From the NCBI RefSeq assembly GCF_006345805.1, contig NC_043013.1, positions 46,748,001-46,812,000 on the forward strand: a stretch of DNA of 64,000 bases, written 5' to 3'. Positions within the stretch are counted from its first letter, which is position 1, and every line of letters begins with the position of its first letter. The position numbers and the translations under genes were made by a program. Below are positions 23,838 to 38,110 of the stretch, in pieces. The notes beneath the pieces are model-generated. The model saw nothing but the letters and a program-made list of their open reading frames with translations. It had not been told where the DNA came from and searched no databases. The DNA comes from Octopus sinensis (Eukaryota).

Positions 23838-25775
23838 TATTGATATATACGTAGACACTGTTTAAAAAAAAACTGTATAACGAACTTTACACCAATAACC
23901 TTACACAACAGAGAGAACAACTGCGTCATCATTTTCAGAAGACGCCTTCCCTTCTCCCGTTCACTATTGTGAACCTTTCCTTAAAAGTTCATGTATTCAG
24001 AGCTTGCTAATTGTCATTCATAATGTGATTTGTCTCTGTTAACTATGCTGTTTCGTAAATTATTGCTAGAGCACCTCGTTGTGTCAATGTAAGAAATCAA
24101 TATTGAACGTCTAGCGATCATATTGTTAAATAGACCGGAAAGTAGAAATATTAGTATAATACACCAAGATAGTAATGTCCAGAATCAAAGCGTCAGCTAA
24201 ATTGCCACCCAGAATGTGAATAACATTTGTGAATGAGGTCATTATTTACTCGTATCGAGTAATATTCTCCCTGAAGTAGGACGAAATTTATTAGACAATA
24301 ACATAAAACTGGACGTGACGATTAGTTCTGCTTCATTTTTAATCAGGCAACTTTGCTGGGTTCAGGCTAAAATATTAACCAGTAGACAAACACAATACGG
24401 GTGTCATTAATTTAGAGCCGAACACCATGTATTTGGTTGAAATACTGGATACCATTCATTTGTAATGTCTTCAGATGGAACAAACAGCTATGTTTCTACC
24501 CGACGAGGTGGTCTGAATGAAGAGTTAAAGGAAATTGTTATTTTAAGAATATTGCATAACCAAGTCAAAAGACCCATTCCGTTCAAACAGAACCATACAA
24601 ATATTATTTAACAACTACGACTGTCTACCTTAGATATTCAACAAGAAGCAATTATTTCTTCTCCCAAGAGATATGATACAATAATTGCTATTATTGGTCG
24701 TAATTCCTATCTCTAGTTTTTCACAAGAGAACGGCCGATACTATGTCTGCTAAAAGGTAAAGGAACTAAAATTTTATTTTATAATTTTCCTTCATTGGAT
24801 CACTTGTACTGACGCAGGCATAGACGCAGACTTTGAACTGTATTTAATAGTTTCTGGATTTCAGATTATTCAAAACTATTTGCATGCTACAGCATGTATG
24901 TAGAAACAACACACTGACACTAGCATTTCCCCTCTTCCTTTTTATGCCTTTCCATAATCTTGCCAAAAGTCTTCCATCCGAAACGTCGATTACGTTTTCC
25001 TTTCGACAAAACTCAATACATCGAGTACAATATGATTTTATTATAATTTTATATAACATTAATTCATAACATTATTTAAAAGATTATTTCACCAACGCAG
25101 TCTCTCAACGCAATTCTCTGCTTTCTAGGTTTCATATAACAGAGAGTTAAAGTAAATTTGGAGTAACTTATTTCATAGCATATACAAAATTTGCATAAGG
25201 ATATCGATGTGGCAGTTACAACTTCTTGTGAAATGGATAGGGAAATCGGTTCTGATATTACAAAGCAACATCTCAAAGATGTGTTATTACGTAATAACAT
25301 TCTTTGTCTTGTCTTGCATTATAATTCAGATGACAACTAGGTCGCATGTAAATCGATCTCAGTACGTGATTGGTACTTTATTTTATCGATCCCAGAAGGA
25401 TGAAACGAAAACTTGATTCCTCTCCCAGAAGCAGGATTTTTTATTGGACTTTTGATCTTACCGTTTGAATCTTATTCTACAGTATTTGAAGACAATTGTG
25501 AAATATATCGATCGTTTACAGGTGCCACTATGTGCATATATGCATACACACAAACACACACACGCACACATACACGCGCACACAGGCACACAGACACACA
25601 TACACTCATAGACGTGCGCGCACACAAATGTATGTATATGTATGCCTGTAAGTCTAAGGACATATATAAGAAATATATAAGTAGTCATCTATGTGTGCAT
25701 ATAAGAGTTTGTATCTATTTATCTATCCTCCTTCCTACCTTCTCTCTCTTTTTTTTTTCTCTCTCTCTCTCTGTA

Positions 25776-25807
<32 letters not shown>

Positions 25808-25870
25808 GAATGTAAATACATATGTATGTATGTTTTTATTATGCAAGCATGCATGTATGTATGGATCTAT

Positions 25871-25949
<79 letters not shown>

Positions 25950-26926
25950 ATGTCAAGACGGATGTCAATTCACAAGTCTTTTTATACCACTATTATAATA
26001 TTCCCTTGGTTACCATCACGATACGTGACACATCGCAGTTGTGGCTGGAACGGTGAATTAAGAATTGCAATTTCGTGAAAGACCAGTACGTAGTAGATCA
26101 ATCTACCAGAAACAACACCAGCCATACGGTCCTCAATTCACCATACACCGTCTGAGAAAAGAACACTTATTGCGCAACGTAGGCTAGATATCTCTCCCAG
26201 AAAACGTGATAGTCATGAAGGGAATGTAATTGATCATATGCTTTTGATGAGCAGAAAACCGTCAATAGTTTGTTGATCATTCTTCGCCCATGTCTTACTC
26301 AGTTTCTCCTCCCCAATCAATAGCAAAGGATATACAGCTATTATACAAAGCAGGGATAAATTAGGCTAATACAGTAGTAGATAGTGTTATTTGCATATTT
26401 GTGCATTGAAATTTTTATCATTAATTAAACAATATTTATGTATGAATGGTTGTGTGTGTGTGTGTGTGTGCTCGCATGTCTGTTTTGCAAAAGATATATA
26501 TTGCTTAATTGTTTAATTAATGACAAGGAAATCGCTCAGTACCCACTAGATGAATAGGGCTTGCTAAGAGTTGACGCAGCACAGCAGCGGGATACGATCC
26601 GTCAATTCTCCGGTTAGCTGCCTAAACACCTAATCCACTTGGCCAGCTGATTAGCTTCCCTCCAAAATAAAGCAATTGGAACTGTCGCAGGCAATAAAAC
26701 AAGCCGAAGGTAACCAGAAGTAAGTTCATATCCTAGCCTACCCCAAATCTCTAAGCTATTCAGAAGCAATTTTTGAAATACCGGATTGAAAGATTCACAC
26801 GATACACGCCGGTTTTGAACCTTGAAGCAAATCATTTCAGAGGGTTTGTCTTCTTCTTCGACATTCAGATAATATTATTAATAAAATGTTTCCTCTCTCT
26901 GTCTCTCACTGTCTGTTTCTCTCTCC

Positions 26927-26988
<62 letters not shown>

Positions 26989-27634
26989 TCTCTCTCTCTA
27001 AACTCTCTATCTCTCACTGTGTCTTCATCATTGCGTTAGGCGCCTTCATCTCTTCTTGCTAAGGTCGACTGCCGCCGCAAGCTGTTTTCTCATCTAGTTT
27101 AGATGGTCATCTCGATCTTCTACTTGTTTCTACTACTACTACTACTACTACTACTACTTACTACTACTACTACTACTAACTACTACTGCCATGGCATCAC
27201 ACACACACACGCACACATGCACGCATACACAAATTCTCTTACACATACACGCACATACGCACACACGCACACCAATACACACACTGATACACACACAACT
27301 ACACACATACATACACACATTCTCTTACACACGCACACGCGCACAGGCACAAACACACACACACGCACACGCGCACACACATACACACATTCTCTTACAC
27401 ACACACACACACACACATGCACGCACACACGTACAGACAGACAGAGGCCTTTCATAGAGACGACGTTCAGATACGATCAATAGCGATATATTATGATGGT
27501 ACCATCATCACTCTCTCTCTACTTATAGAACAATAATCACAGAGATTGTCATTTCACGCTGTACCAATTAATTGTTCGCATTTCTGATGAATACGCAGAC
27601 TCACGTTCATATAGACACATTCAAAAACTCATAT

Positions 27635-27701
<67 letters not shown>

Positions 27702-27775
27702 AACAGACACAGATGCTAGCTTATTAGGAAGAATTTTACAAACTCATATAATAAGAGTTATAACAGAACTTACCT

Positions 27776-27846
27776 TTATGTATGTAATATGTATGTATGT
27801 ATGTATGTATGTCTGTATGTATATATGTATGTAGTATGTATGTATG

Positions 27847-27908
<62 letters not shown>

Positions 27909-28284
27909 TGTATGTATGTATGATGATGTATGGTATGTATGTTATGTATATATGTATGTATGTATGTAATGTATGTATATGTATGTATGTATGTATGTAT
28001 GCATGCATGTATGTATGTATGTAGTATGTGATGTATGTATGTAGTATGTATATCTATGTATGTATGTATGTATATGTATATGTATGGTGATATGTATGTC
28101 TGTATGCATGCATGTAGTATGTAGTATGTATGTATGTATGCATGCATGTAGTATGTATGTAGTATGCATGTATGTATGTATGCATGTATGTGTATGAAGT
28201 ATGTATGTATGTATGTATGATGTATGTAATATGTATGTATGTATGTATGTATGTATATGTATGTATGTATGTATGTATGTATGC

Positions 28285-28317
<33 letters not shown>

Positions 28318-28534
28318 TGTATGTATGTATGTATGTATTATGTATGCATATGTATGTATGTATGTATGTATGCATGGTATGTATGTATGTATGTATGCAT
28401 AGTGTGTATCTATCTATATCATACATGTTTGTGCTTGTTTGTATATGTATATAGTATACACGTATGTGTTTGTAAATGTTATACACACAAGCATGGATAT
28501 ATTATTCTATATGTCACATATATATATATTACGT

Positions 28535-28596
<62 letters not shown>

Positions 28597-28608
28597 ATAT
28601 ATATAGAT

Positions 28609-28646
<38 letters not shown>

Positions 28647-28670
28647 TTATATATATATATATATATATAG

Positions 28671-28700
<30 letters not shown>
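27776..28700. repeat. Compound (TATG)n/(TA)n microsatellite
   Basis: Seen directly in the sequence. Confidence 0.95.
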
Positions 28701-28707
<7 letters not shown>

Positions 28708-28992
28708 ATATAATTACACATACGTAAATGTGCAATTAACATCGATGTATGTGCCTTTGTGTGAATTTCTGCGCTATGTGTGTGAATGTGTGTATGTGCG
28801 TGTGTGTGTGTGAGTATGTTTGTATGTATATACATAGACAAATGCAGGTATACATACATGTGCATGCCTTCCTCTAAATACATACAACACACACAACACA
28901 GACCTATATACATATATATATACTGTATATATTTACACACACACAACACACACACCACACTCATACGTATACTCATATATATAGATATATAT

Positions 28993-29027
<35 letters not shown>

Positions 29028-29799
29028 CTGGAGGAATATTGAAGCAAAACAAGTTTTAATAGGATAATTACAGAATTTAAAAACCAGAAAATTTCTATAT
29101 TTATCTGTTTTTGCTTTGTTTGATGGTTTATTTTAATGTTTGTTAAATAGTTGAGTGAGATATGCTGCTGTCTTTACATTCTTTCTCTCTTTCTTTCTTT
29201 CCTTCTTTCTTTCTTTCTTTCTTCATTTATATTCCGTTTTTTTTCCTTCTTTGAATTGTTTTTATTCAGCTCAGTTATATATATATATTTTTTTCTCTCT
29301 CTCTTTCTATCAGCGTTTACCTACTTTCTGTCATTCTTCCACTCTTTCTGTCTTTCTCTCTCTCATCTTTCTTTTTTTTTTTTTTTTACCTTTTTTTTTC
29401 ATTCTCTTTCACCGCTTTCCTTCTTCCCGTCTGTCCTTCTTCCTTTACTTTCTTCCTTTTGAAGTAGGAATTTTATCTAAAATAAATATTAATTAAAATT
29501 CTCTTTAGAGTGAAAATAAACGGCAAATGTTCGCTGCACACCACTGTTGATCATCGCCAGTATAATTAGTGCATACTCAATGAACAATCTGACTGGAAAT
29601 TACTTCGTACAACACCCAGTTTTGGATTGCTAAAGAGGAATAAATAGACGTAGACATCACTCTCATATATATTTATTGAGTTATCGAAATCATCTCACTG
29701 TGTATTTATTTATATATAAACATCTCTTTCATTTTTCTATAAAGTCACCGTTTTATGCACATACACATAACTTACATAAGTACATACAAGTATAAATAT

Positions 29800-30188
29800 G
29801 TGCCTGTATGTATGTATATATGTATGTATGTATTTATGTATGTATGTATGTATGTATGTATGTATGTATGTATGTATGTATGTATGTATATATGTATGTA
29901 TGTATTTATGTATGTATGTATGTATGTATGTATGTACGTACGTACGTACGTATGTATGTATGTATGTATGTATGTATGTATGTATGTATGTATGTATTTA
30001 TGTATGTATGTATGTATGTATGTATGTATGTATGTATGTATGTATGTATGTATGTATGTATTATGTATGTATGTATGTATGTATGTATATATTATGTATG
30101 TATGTATGTATGTATGTATGTATGTATGTATATATGTATGTATGTGTTTATGTACGTACGTATGTATGTATGTATGTATGTATGTGTG

Positions 30189-30231
<43 letters not shown>

Positions 30232-30379
30232 ATGTATATATACTGTATATATATATATTACATCTATATACTTGTACATCCATATATGTATATATACACA
30301 CACACATACACACACACATATATATATATTATATATATATATATATGCACACAGTCACACATATCTCCACATATACATT

Positions 30380-30420
<41 letters not shown>

Positions 30421-30450
30421 TGTGTGTTGTTGTGTGTGTTGTGTGTGTGC
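29800..30450. repeat. Compound (TATG)n/(TA)n/(TG)n microsatellite
   Basis: Seen directly in the sequence. Confidence 0.95.
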
Positions 30451-30709
30451 AGATGTGTGAAAGCAGATATATATATGCGTGCGTGTTGTATGTGTTCGGC
30501 GTTAGGCATTTCAGGTAAGATCCATTCTCTGCTTGATGGTTTGGACATCAGCTTTTAATCGAAACAATCGCTTTCTAATCCGCCTCTTAATTACATAATT
30601 AAACACACGTACCTGCGTACACACACATTAATGTATACATACATGCATACATACATACATACATACATACATACATACGTACATACATATATACATACAT
30701 AAAGGTATA

Positions 30710-30749
<40 letters not shown>

Positions 30750-30807
30750 CATACATACATACACACACACAGATGCACACATATTAATAAGTCTATATAT
30801 GTATATA

Positions 30808-30853
<46 letters not shown>

Positions 30854-30879
30854 ATATATTGGTGAAATAAACATCAGAG

Positions 30880-32345
30880 ATGCTTTACTTTAAGCAGAAG
30901 CTGCACTAGCTACCTGAGGATGTGGTAAGATCATTCTTTTGATTGTGATTAAATTTACCGTTTTGCTGGGAACCTTTTTGTATCTTCGCTGGATGTCTTT
31001 GAGTTACAAGTGTTTCACCCATCAGTCTGTGCACTTCGACTGGATGCAGCAACTAGGACAGCTAACCCTTTACTGGAAGGGTCACATCGACGGTTTCAAA
31101 CCAAACCATAATCACCGTGAACGGGTCTTCTTAGCAACTATGGCTAGCTTGCAAGTGGCACTCTTTAGTTGATTGAGTTTCAAACCAATATTTTGCAAGA
31201 AATAACACACTAATCTTGTCCAACCATTACCAACAATCCCTAATGCCTCTAAATTCCTTTCACAGCTTCCTGGAGCATCCAGTTCCTATCGGCCTTCATG
31301 CCTTCGTGAAGTGTCTAACGGACTCATTCTCAGAAGTTAGTAATTTAGTGAATCTTATTTCCTCAGTGGTTGTGAATTCTTTCGTTACTGATGAAATTGA
31401 TAAGCTGAGTTTGGAAGTTTTGATGCATCGGATAACTGAGCTGAAAACTTGGGAATACTCAGCTAAAAACTGGGGAATGCCCTGCTCAGAACTGGGGAAT
31501 ATTCATTTTAAAATTTCCAAGAAGTTGGTTATTCTAAGATATTTTAAGCCAGTTGTTTAGTCGAATCATAACGTATTTTCCATTGTAGCTGTCCTTCTGA
31601 GTGCTGCTATTATCCCAAAACACAGGATTCCTTTTTCCTGAAACGTTGGACCCTCAGACTTTTGAATGCTGAGTATTATTTATTAGAATTCCTTTCAGAA
31701 TACTCAAGCTTCGAGATTTCCCTGGGTTGAATCCCATAAGTAACCATGTAGCCATCTTCTTCACTGATTTCAAATTCCGCAGTTTGCCTTGAATGGATAG
31801 TGTTATATATGCTATAAGTAAGTAAATAAGTACAATCCCTAGCTGGCGACCGGAGGGTGAAGCTGCCGTCTCAACCAATACACTGCTGTGAGTGCCACTG
31901 GATAACGAACTCAGATGATGATTTTATTGCATGCTTTCCGCTCCATGGCGCTGGCCTTAACATGCTCGAGTTCGAGGCGTTGCGGCCTCAGGTCTAACTA
32001 AATATGTTTCGCCCATGTCTTCTATGATGTGCTGCGCTGGATTCCTTAGTGGATGGGTCGCTGCCTCTACAAAAGTACGTGCGCTATACTATTAATGAAA
32101 TCTGTGTAGACTGGATACCTTGTGTTCGCATTAATTTCTGGTTTAGACTGCTTTCCTCTTACCTCTTGTAGCTGGTTCATGGTTGCCACGAACAGGACCA
32201 CGGATATTGGGCATCTTTCCATAAAGCCCCGCTCGAGTCTGCCGTTTGGTGGGAGAAATTTTCTCACGGCGAATTTCGTCCTTCACGAATTCATGTGTGA
32301 CATCGTGACCGTAAATGCTGGTAGTCTTTCAATGCGCTTTGGATG
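30880..32345 (-). mobile_element. Degraded Hero-clade retrotransposon (RT to C-terminal region)
   Basis: RLERGFMERCPISVVLFVATMN, MGFNPGKSRSLSILKG, LSLSISSVTKEF and HPAK..CSFC motifs parallel Hero ORF order; ~200-bp interruption at 31870-32070. Confidence 0.7.
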
Positions 32346-32399
32346 AGCTGAGTACATTCACGAGTAGCATTTAACGAGATCTAATCGTATAACTGGAAA

Positions 32400-32720
32400 A
32401 GTGTAACTGTTTCTCTTTGCTTCATCAATGACTGAGTGGTGTTGCATGCCCAAAACATCCACAGTACTATAGAACTCACGGTACTATAGAACTGTTCTAT
32501 AGTACTATGTCCCTCTTTGGACAATAGTATCAATGCAGTCAGTTTACAATTAGTTAGTAGATATGTTGTTAATCTTTTGACAATAACAGGCCAATAGAAC
32601 TTCTCTGAAACTTTTCTCAAAGCCGGTCAAGTCTTACTGAGTTCTCTTTTTCCAGAAAAAGTATCCTTCATCAAGTGTCCAGAGCTAGAGTATCTCTTCT
32701 TCCAGATTGTCCACAATCAC
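32400..32720 (-). mobile_element. Possible Gypsy integrase zinc-binding-domain relic
   Basis: RKVSEKFYWP motif, with GYFSGK just upstream in another frame; otherwise degenerate. Confidence 0.3.
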
Positions 32721-32946
32721 TCTTGGCTAGCCTTTCAGTAATAACGAGTAGTTTTGATGATATTGTGAATGGTGTCAGATGACCCTGGCAAAGGTGTACC
32801 CGAGCTTTTGCAGATATTATTTATTGAAATGTCTCGTGATTTGCGGTCAAATGTTAACTCTAGCGAGATTTACAAATAAATGAAAATTTAATAAAGTCCT
32901 CTATTATGAAATACTTTTATATTAATATCTATTCTTTATATATATA

Positions 32947-33780
32947 CAGGGTGAGGTGAATAAACTGTCGTCTAAATTACGCAAATACGAAGATAACACT
33001 GACATCTCGTTTTAACAGATATATTAAATAATTTTTTTCAATGAAATTGCCATAGGTTTCAACCACGGCCTCCAGACGACTTCGGAATCTCCTGCAACTT
33101 TACTAGATGGTTTAAGTTGGTAAATGCTGCCATAATCCTTGCCTTCAGGTCATCTTTGGTGTTACAAGGAGTCATATTGTTCTCTATTGCTCAACTGCAC
33201 ACAACACATAATAATCAAGGAGGTTGCGTTCTGGGGAGTTAGGTGGCCAGATGTTAGGGGTGATGTGATTGTAGAAATTGTATTACAGACATGACTGGGT
33301 TTTCCTGCTTGTGTGGCGTGGTGCAGAGTCCTCTTGCCTGACATAGGTTATTCCAGCAGCCTTTTGATGCAGGGCAGCATTACCTCTTCTAGGCACTAGA
33401 TGTAGGCTTCCGTGTTGAATGTGAGGTTGTGTGGAAAAATGAAAGGAATCATAACATCGTCATCACTAGTGATGTTGATGATGTTGACTGGGTGTTTGAT
33501 ATTTATCACTCTCGGTACATGTTTTGGAGTTACGGCACGCCAACGGTTGTTCTGTGTGTTCACCATCTGTTCGTTATGGAGCTTCCGGCGCGAATGTCAA
33601 GCAGTACAGCATGTCGTTTCCAAATTTCTGGCAGAGTGAATTGCGTAATGAGGCTGCTTTTCTCACAGATGGTGCCCAAAATACCCTACTATACTCTGTA
33701 GCCGACAAAATCAAAGGCAAACAATGCGCATGCGCAAAATTTAAATTATAAAGTGGCGACAATTTACCCATCGTACCTTG
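32947..33780 (-). mobile_element. Tc1/mariner superfamily (maT/DD37D-like) element, internally deleted, TA-flanked
   Basis: TA flanks and diverged TIRs CAGGGTGAGGTGAATAAACTGTCG / CAAGGTACGATGGGTAAATTGTCG; remnants EIWKRHAVLL, KHPVNI, QEDSAP, HITPNIWPPNSP and RRFRSRLEAVVE. Confidence 0.85.
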
Positions 33781-34234
33781 TATATATGTAAATATACTCG
33801 TTATATGAGCGTAGCTTCTAGATTGTAACTAGCACTGCATATGTGTGTGTATGTGTGTGTGTGTGTGTGTGTGAATGTGTGTGTGTGTGTGTGGATTTGC
33901 AGGCCATGAGATCCTGACCGTAATTTCATTTATATAATGAATGTTCATGCTTTATCTGTCACTGCGGTTTGCTATTTCCTCTGCTTGTCACCATTAACGT
34001 ATGCACAGACACACACACGCGCACACACACACACGCACACACTCGCATATTTATGTAACATATTCGTAATTCCTATACTCCTTTCTAGTTCCTCTACGTA
34101 GACATTGTTGTCATAGATCCAATTAGATCATAATTATTTATTGATAACTTGCATTGCAAACAACTTTACTCTTTTTTGAAGGTGAGTTAGAAAGTGTTCT
34201 ATGTAGCACGTATCTATTACCCGTGACTATCACC

Positions 34235-34269
<35 letters not shown>

Positions 34270-34357
34270 TGATTAGCTTTTATATGTTCCGATGACTCTT
34301 GGTCGGAAATATAAGGGGTAAGCTTTCCTAGCATTTCTAGATTTATTTATCGAAATC

Positions 34358-34412
34358 TTATGTCGATGAAGGAAATGAATCTTATGATTCTAATCCAGAA
34401 ACGTGCGTCCAT
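34358..34412 (+). ncRNA. Degenerate hammerhead-like relic
   Basis: TCGATGA-A-[GGA aat GAATC ttat GATTC taa TCC]-a-GAAA-CGT; core mutated and an extra nt before GAAA. Confidence 0.3.
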
Positions 34413-34963
34413 AATTAATCGAAGACTGTTTGATTTCATTATTTTTCTTCATTATTTTTTGCCGTATGTGAGTTACAAATATTGTTGTCTGTGGAGACAT
34501 ATTTTTTGTAGAAAAAGGAAATAGTAGTCCTTTGGCTGCTATTTCTAAAATTTTCGGTATGCGGTCAAGCAACTTGTTGCAAAACCCTTATTGTTATAAT
34601 TATATATATATAATACAAAATAAGAAAATGGAGAAACACATCTTAATCAATGATCAACTACCAGATAATACCCAATCACATAATTTATTAAACCACTACA
34701 TATGAACAGCAGTATATTGGATATATGTTATCCCATGGAGGGTTGCACTTACAACCCCTATCTCAATTTGTATATATATATATATAAGCAAAACGTCTAG
34801 GGTTGAACGCAACTAGCTCTGTCAGTCTTATAACAAAGCTGTTGAAAATGTGCTGATTTTCAAGACGGTAAAAGTGTTAACAGAAAATTGAATGGGTGGC
34901 TGATTAGTAAAGGTTTTCTTATAAGACTGACAGAGCTAGGTGAGTTTAACCCTAGGCGTTAAG

Positions 34964-35020
34964 AGTCACTGATGAGGATTAAGATGGTCTACATCAAAAT
35001 CCGAAATTGTCGATCCGACT
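34964..35020 (+). ncRNA. Type I hammerhead ribozyme motif (PLE/retrozyme-type)
   Basis: Stem I AGTC(A)/(C)GACT; intact CTGATGA (34969-34975); stem II GGATT/AATCC with inner GATG/CATC; GAAA (35003-35006); short stem III TTG-T-CGA; AUC triplet with predicted cut at 35015/35016. Confidence 0.65.
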
Positions 35021-36817
35021 ATTTACGCTGGGGACTTACCGCCCTTTGTCAGTCATTCAGATTATGCTTTGTGGTTTTTGAGTTGTTTTAACTCTTCTTC
35101 CTAGCAATAGGGGTGCTACCCAGTCTCTTTGGTGACCTCTACCAATTTGGACTTTAGGTTCAAATTGCTAATAAGCCACCCTTTTACTTTGTTATGTACA
35201 TGTATGTATGTATGTATGTATGTATGTATGTATGTATGTATGTATGTATGCATGCATGTATGTATGTATGTATGTATGTATGTATGTATGTATGCATGCA
35301 TGCATGTATGTATGTGTGTATGTATGTATGTATTATGTATGTGTGTATGTATGTATGTGTATGTGTGTAGCTATATATGTATTTCATTTACTGGTTTTAG
35401 TATAAGAGCTGCGGCCATGATGGGGCACCACTGTTAAAAAATGAAAAGCATTGTCGAACTCGTCGGCGGAATTTGAACCCAGAACGTAAAGGAGGAAGAA
35501 ATGCAGCTAAGATATTTTTTCGTCTTGTAACATACACACATACATACACACGCACATACACACGCACATACCTACATACATACATACATACATGCGTACA
35601 TGTGTGTGTGTGTGTGAGTATGTTTGTGCGGCGAAGGGCAAAAACAAAACGGAAAAAAAAAACAAAAAAAAACGACGTGATAAGTTTAGGATAAAAAATT
35701 ATTTGGTTTTTCGCTCAGAGAAATGGAATGTGTTAATTGTTATGACTTTTCGGACATTGTCTTTCTTCGGAATATTGTCTACAGTCGATAAGAGGATGGA
35801 AATGACAAGGACAAAAAGAGAAGAAGGAAAACAGAATTTTCAGTTCCGAAGACCAGCTCTACAGCAGAGTGACCGGAAACTGGATGTTGGGGGATAATGG
35901 GGTGTTTAAACATCGGAGAGAGAATGCAAGGCGAGAAACTGCGTGTGTGTGTGTATGTATGTGTGCGTGTATGTGTTTGTGTGTTTGTATATGCCTGTTA
36001 TAAGCACATGTTTGATGTAACAGTATGTGTTTTGATATGTATGGATACATCTATCCACTATCACACACACACACGCACACACACACATGCACACACACAC
36101 ACACACACACAGACACACACACACATGCACATGCATATACATCCTCCTTTTTTATCAGTTGATGTCCGCATCTCATTCTTTTTACTTCTTTTACATTTTC
36201 GCCATTCCCTTTCTTAATTGCCACCCCTATATCTCATTCATACTTTTTTTTATATATTTCTGCCCCTTTTTATATTTCTGTATCAATCTTCATATTCTCC
36301 TTCTCTAACATTTTTCATATTATCTCTGTCTCTCTTTTTCTTTTCTTTTCTTTTCTTTTCTTCCCTTCTCTTTTCTCTCTCACTTTCCTCTCTTTCCTCC
36401 CACCCTCACCTCTCTCATATTTTCACCTTTCTCACACCATCCCTTCATATTTTTCCACACAATGTCTTTTTGTTTATCACACACAAACACACACACAAAC
36501 CATTTCCTCGTTCAGGATCTCACATTACTTTTTCTCTATATTTCCCTCTTACACAGTGCAAGCTTTCCACTCCATCGCTCCCTCTCCTTCCCCTAAGTTT
36601 TCCTCTCTAAATCTCCCTCATTCCTCTCAAACACTACTCTCTCTCTCCTCTCTCATCATTCCAAACATCAGCCTGTATCCACATTTCTCCGTGTGTCTTT
36701 CTCTTCGTTATCATCTTCTATTTTGTTCCATTTCTTTTTTTTTTGTTTGTTCCTCTTGACAATCTCTCCATCTGTCTCTTCACCAGACACTCGTGTATTC
36801 ATTATCAAAAAAACACT

Positions 36818-37483
36818 CTCACTTAGTCATTACAACTCAAGCACTCACTCAAACATTCCCTCAGACACATCCATACTCAACAACACATACCTTGACACGT
36901 AACACTCATTATGTTGGACGCAATAAGCACAAGGGTTGTCCTTTACAATGAGGTGAGAGGGGCTCTACGTCATCAGTAGGTTCCTTTTATCCGTTACTTG
37001 CTTCAGCCATTAGGCTGTGGCCATGCTGGGGCACCGCCTGGACGAACTTTTAGTCGAATGAATCGGCTCTAGTACTTATTCTTTTTGTTAAGCTTGATAC
37101 TTAACATATCGTTCATTTTAGCTGAACCGCTACGTTACAGGGACATAAATACACCAACACCGGTTGTCAGGCCCTGGAGAGACGAACACAGCCACACACA
37201 CACACACACACACACACATCTTTTGTCTTTAATCTTTTATTTGTTTCACTCATTAGACTACGGTCATGTTGGAACAAGCCTGGGACTTATTCTATTGGTC
37301 TCTTTTACCGAAACGCTAGTTACGAAGACCCAAACACAACTCACTTAGTCATTACAACTCAAGCACTCACTCAAACTTTCCCTCAGACACATCCATACTC
37401 AACAACACATACCTTGACACGTAACATTCTTTATGTTGGACGCAATAAGCACAAGGGTTGTCCTTTCCAATGAGGTGAGAGGG
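36818..37483. repeat. 144-bp direct repeats (36818-36961, 37340-37483) flanking a 378-bp insert of SINE-A 3' fragments
   Basis: 4 mismatches in 144 bp by eye; the insert holds two minus-strand SINE-A-type tails. Confidence 0.85.
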
Positions 37484-37924
37484 TTAGGTTTGGTTTGTGG
37501 GTCAAATAACGATGATTGTAACATTTATTCACTCACTGACCATCACGCACAAAATACCGCTTATCATCACTCACCCACAAGATATCATTCAATCATTCAC
37601 ATTTACTCACTCACCAAACATAACTCATGTCACACCCGTTAATCATATGCAGATATTCTTGAACACGCGAACAAAGAGGTCTCTATGCAGTCTTTCAGTC
37701 TGCAAGAAACAGCAGCCAAATTTCCCTCAGATTGCAATCTTAAAAGAGAACACATCTGGTATACTAAATCTGAACAAAAAATAGACATAATGGAGTGGTG
37801 ATTTGAATGACGGTCAGACGAGGACCAAAAAATGATTGTGTATCTCCACCCACGACCATTACCCTTCAGTGGCAAACGTTTCGTCTCACCAACTAGTTAT
37901 TCATGCATAATCCTCATAGAGTCA

Positions 37925-38110
37925 CGTAGTCTCACCTACTTCTCTAGGGACGCGCTCGACTTGCTAGAAATAGCAACCAAATCCTCTCGGATCATACAAC
38001 TATAGTCTTAAAATAAACAAGCAGGGATAGTTTGGGTAGCGTAGTGTTAGGTATATTGGCTGCAATGAAGTCAGAAAGGTCACGGTTGGAATGCCTTTGA
38101 TCATAGTCTT
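37925..38110 (-). repeat. Family D repeat
   Basis: GCTAGAAATAGCAACCAAATC and GGTCACGGTTGGAATGCCTTTGATCAT are the reverse complement of the family D motifs. Confidence 0.55.
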
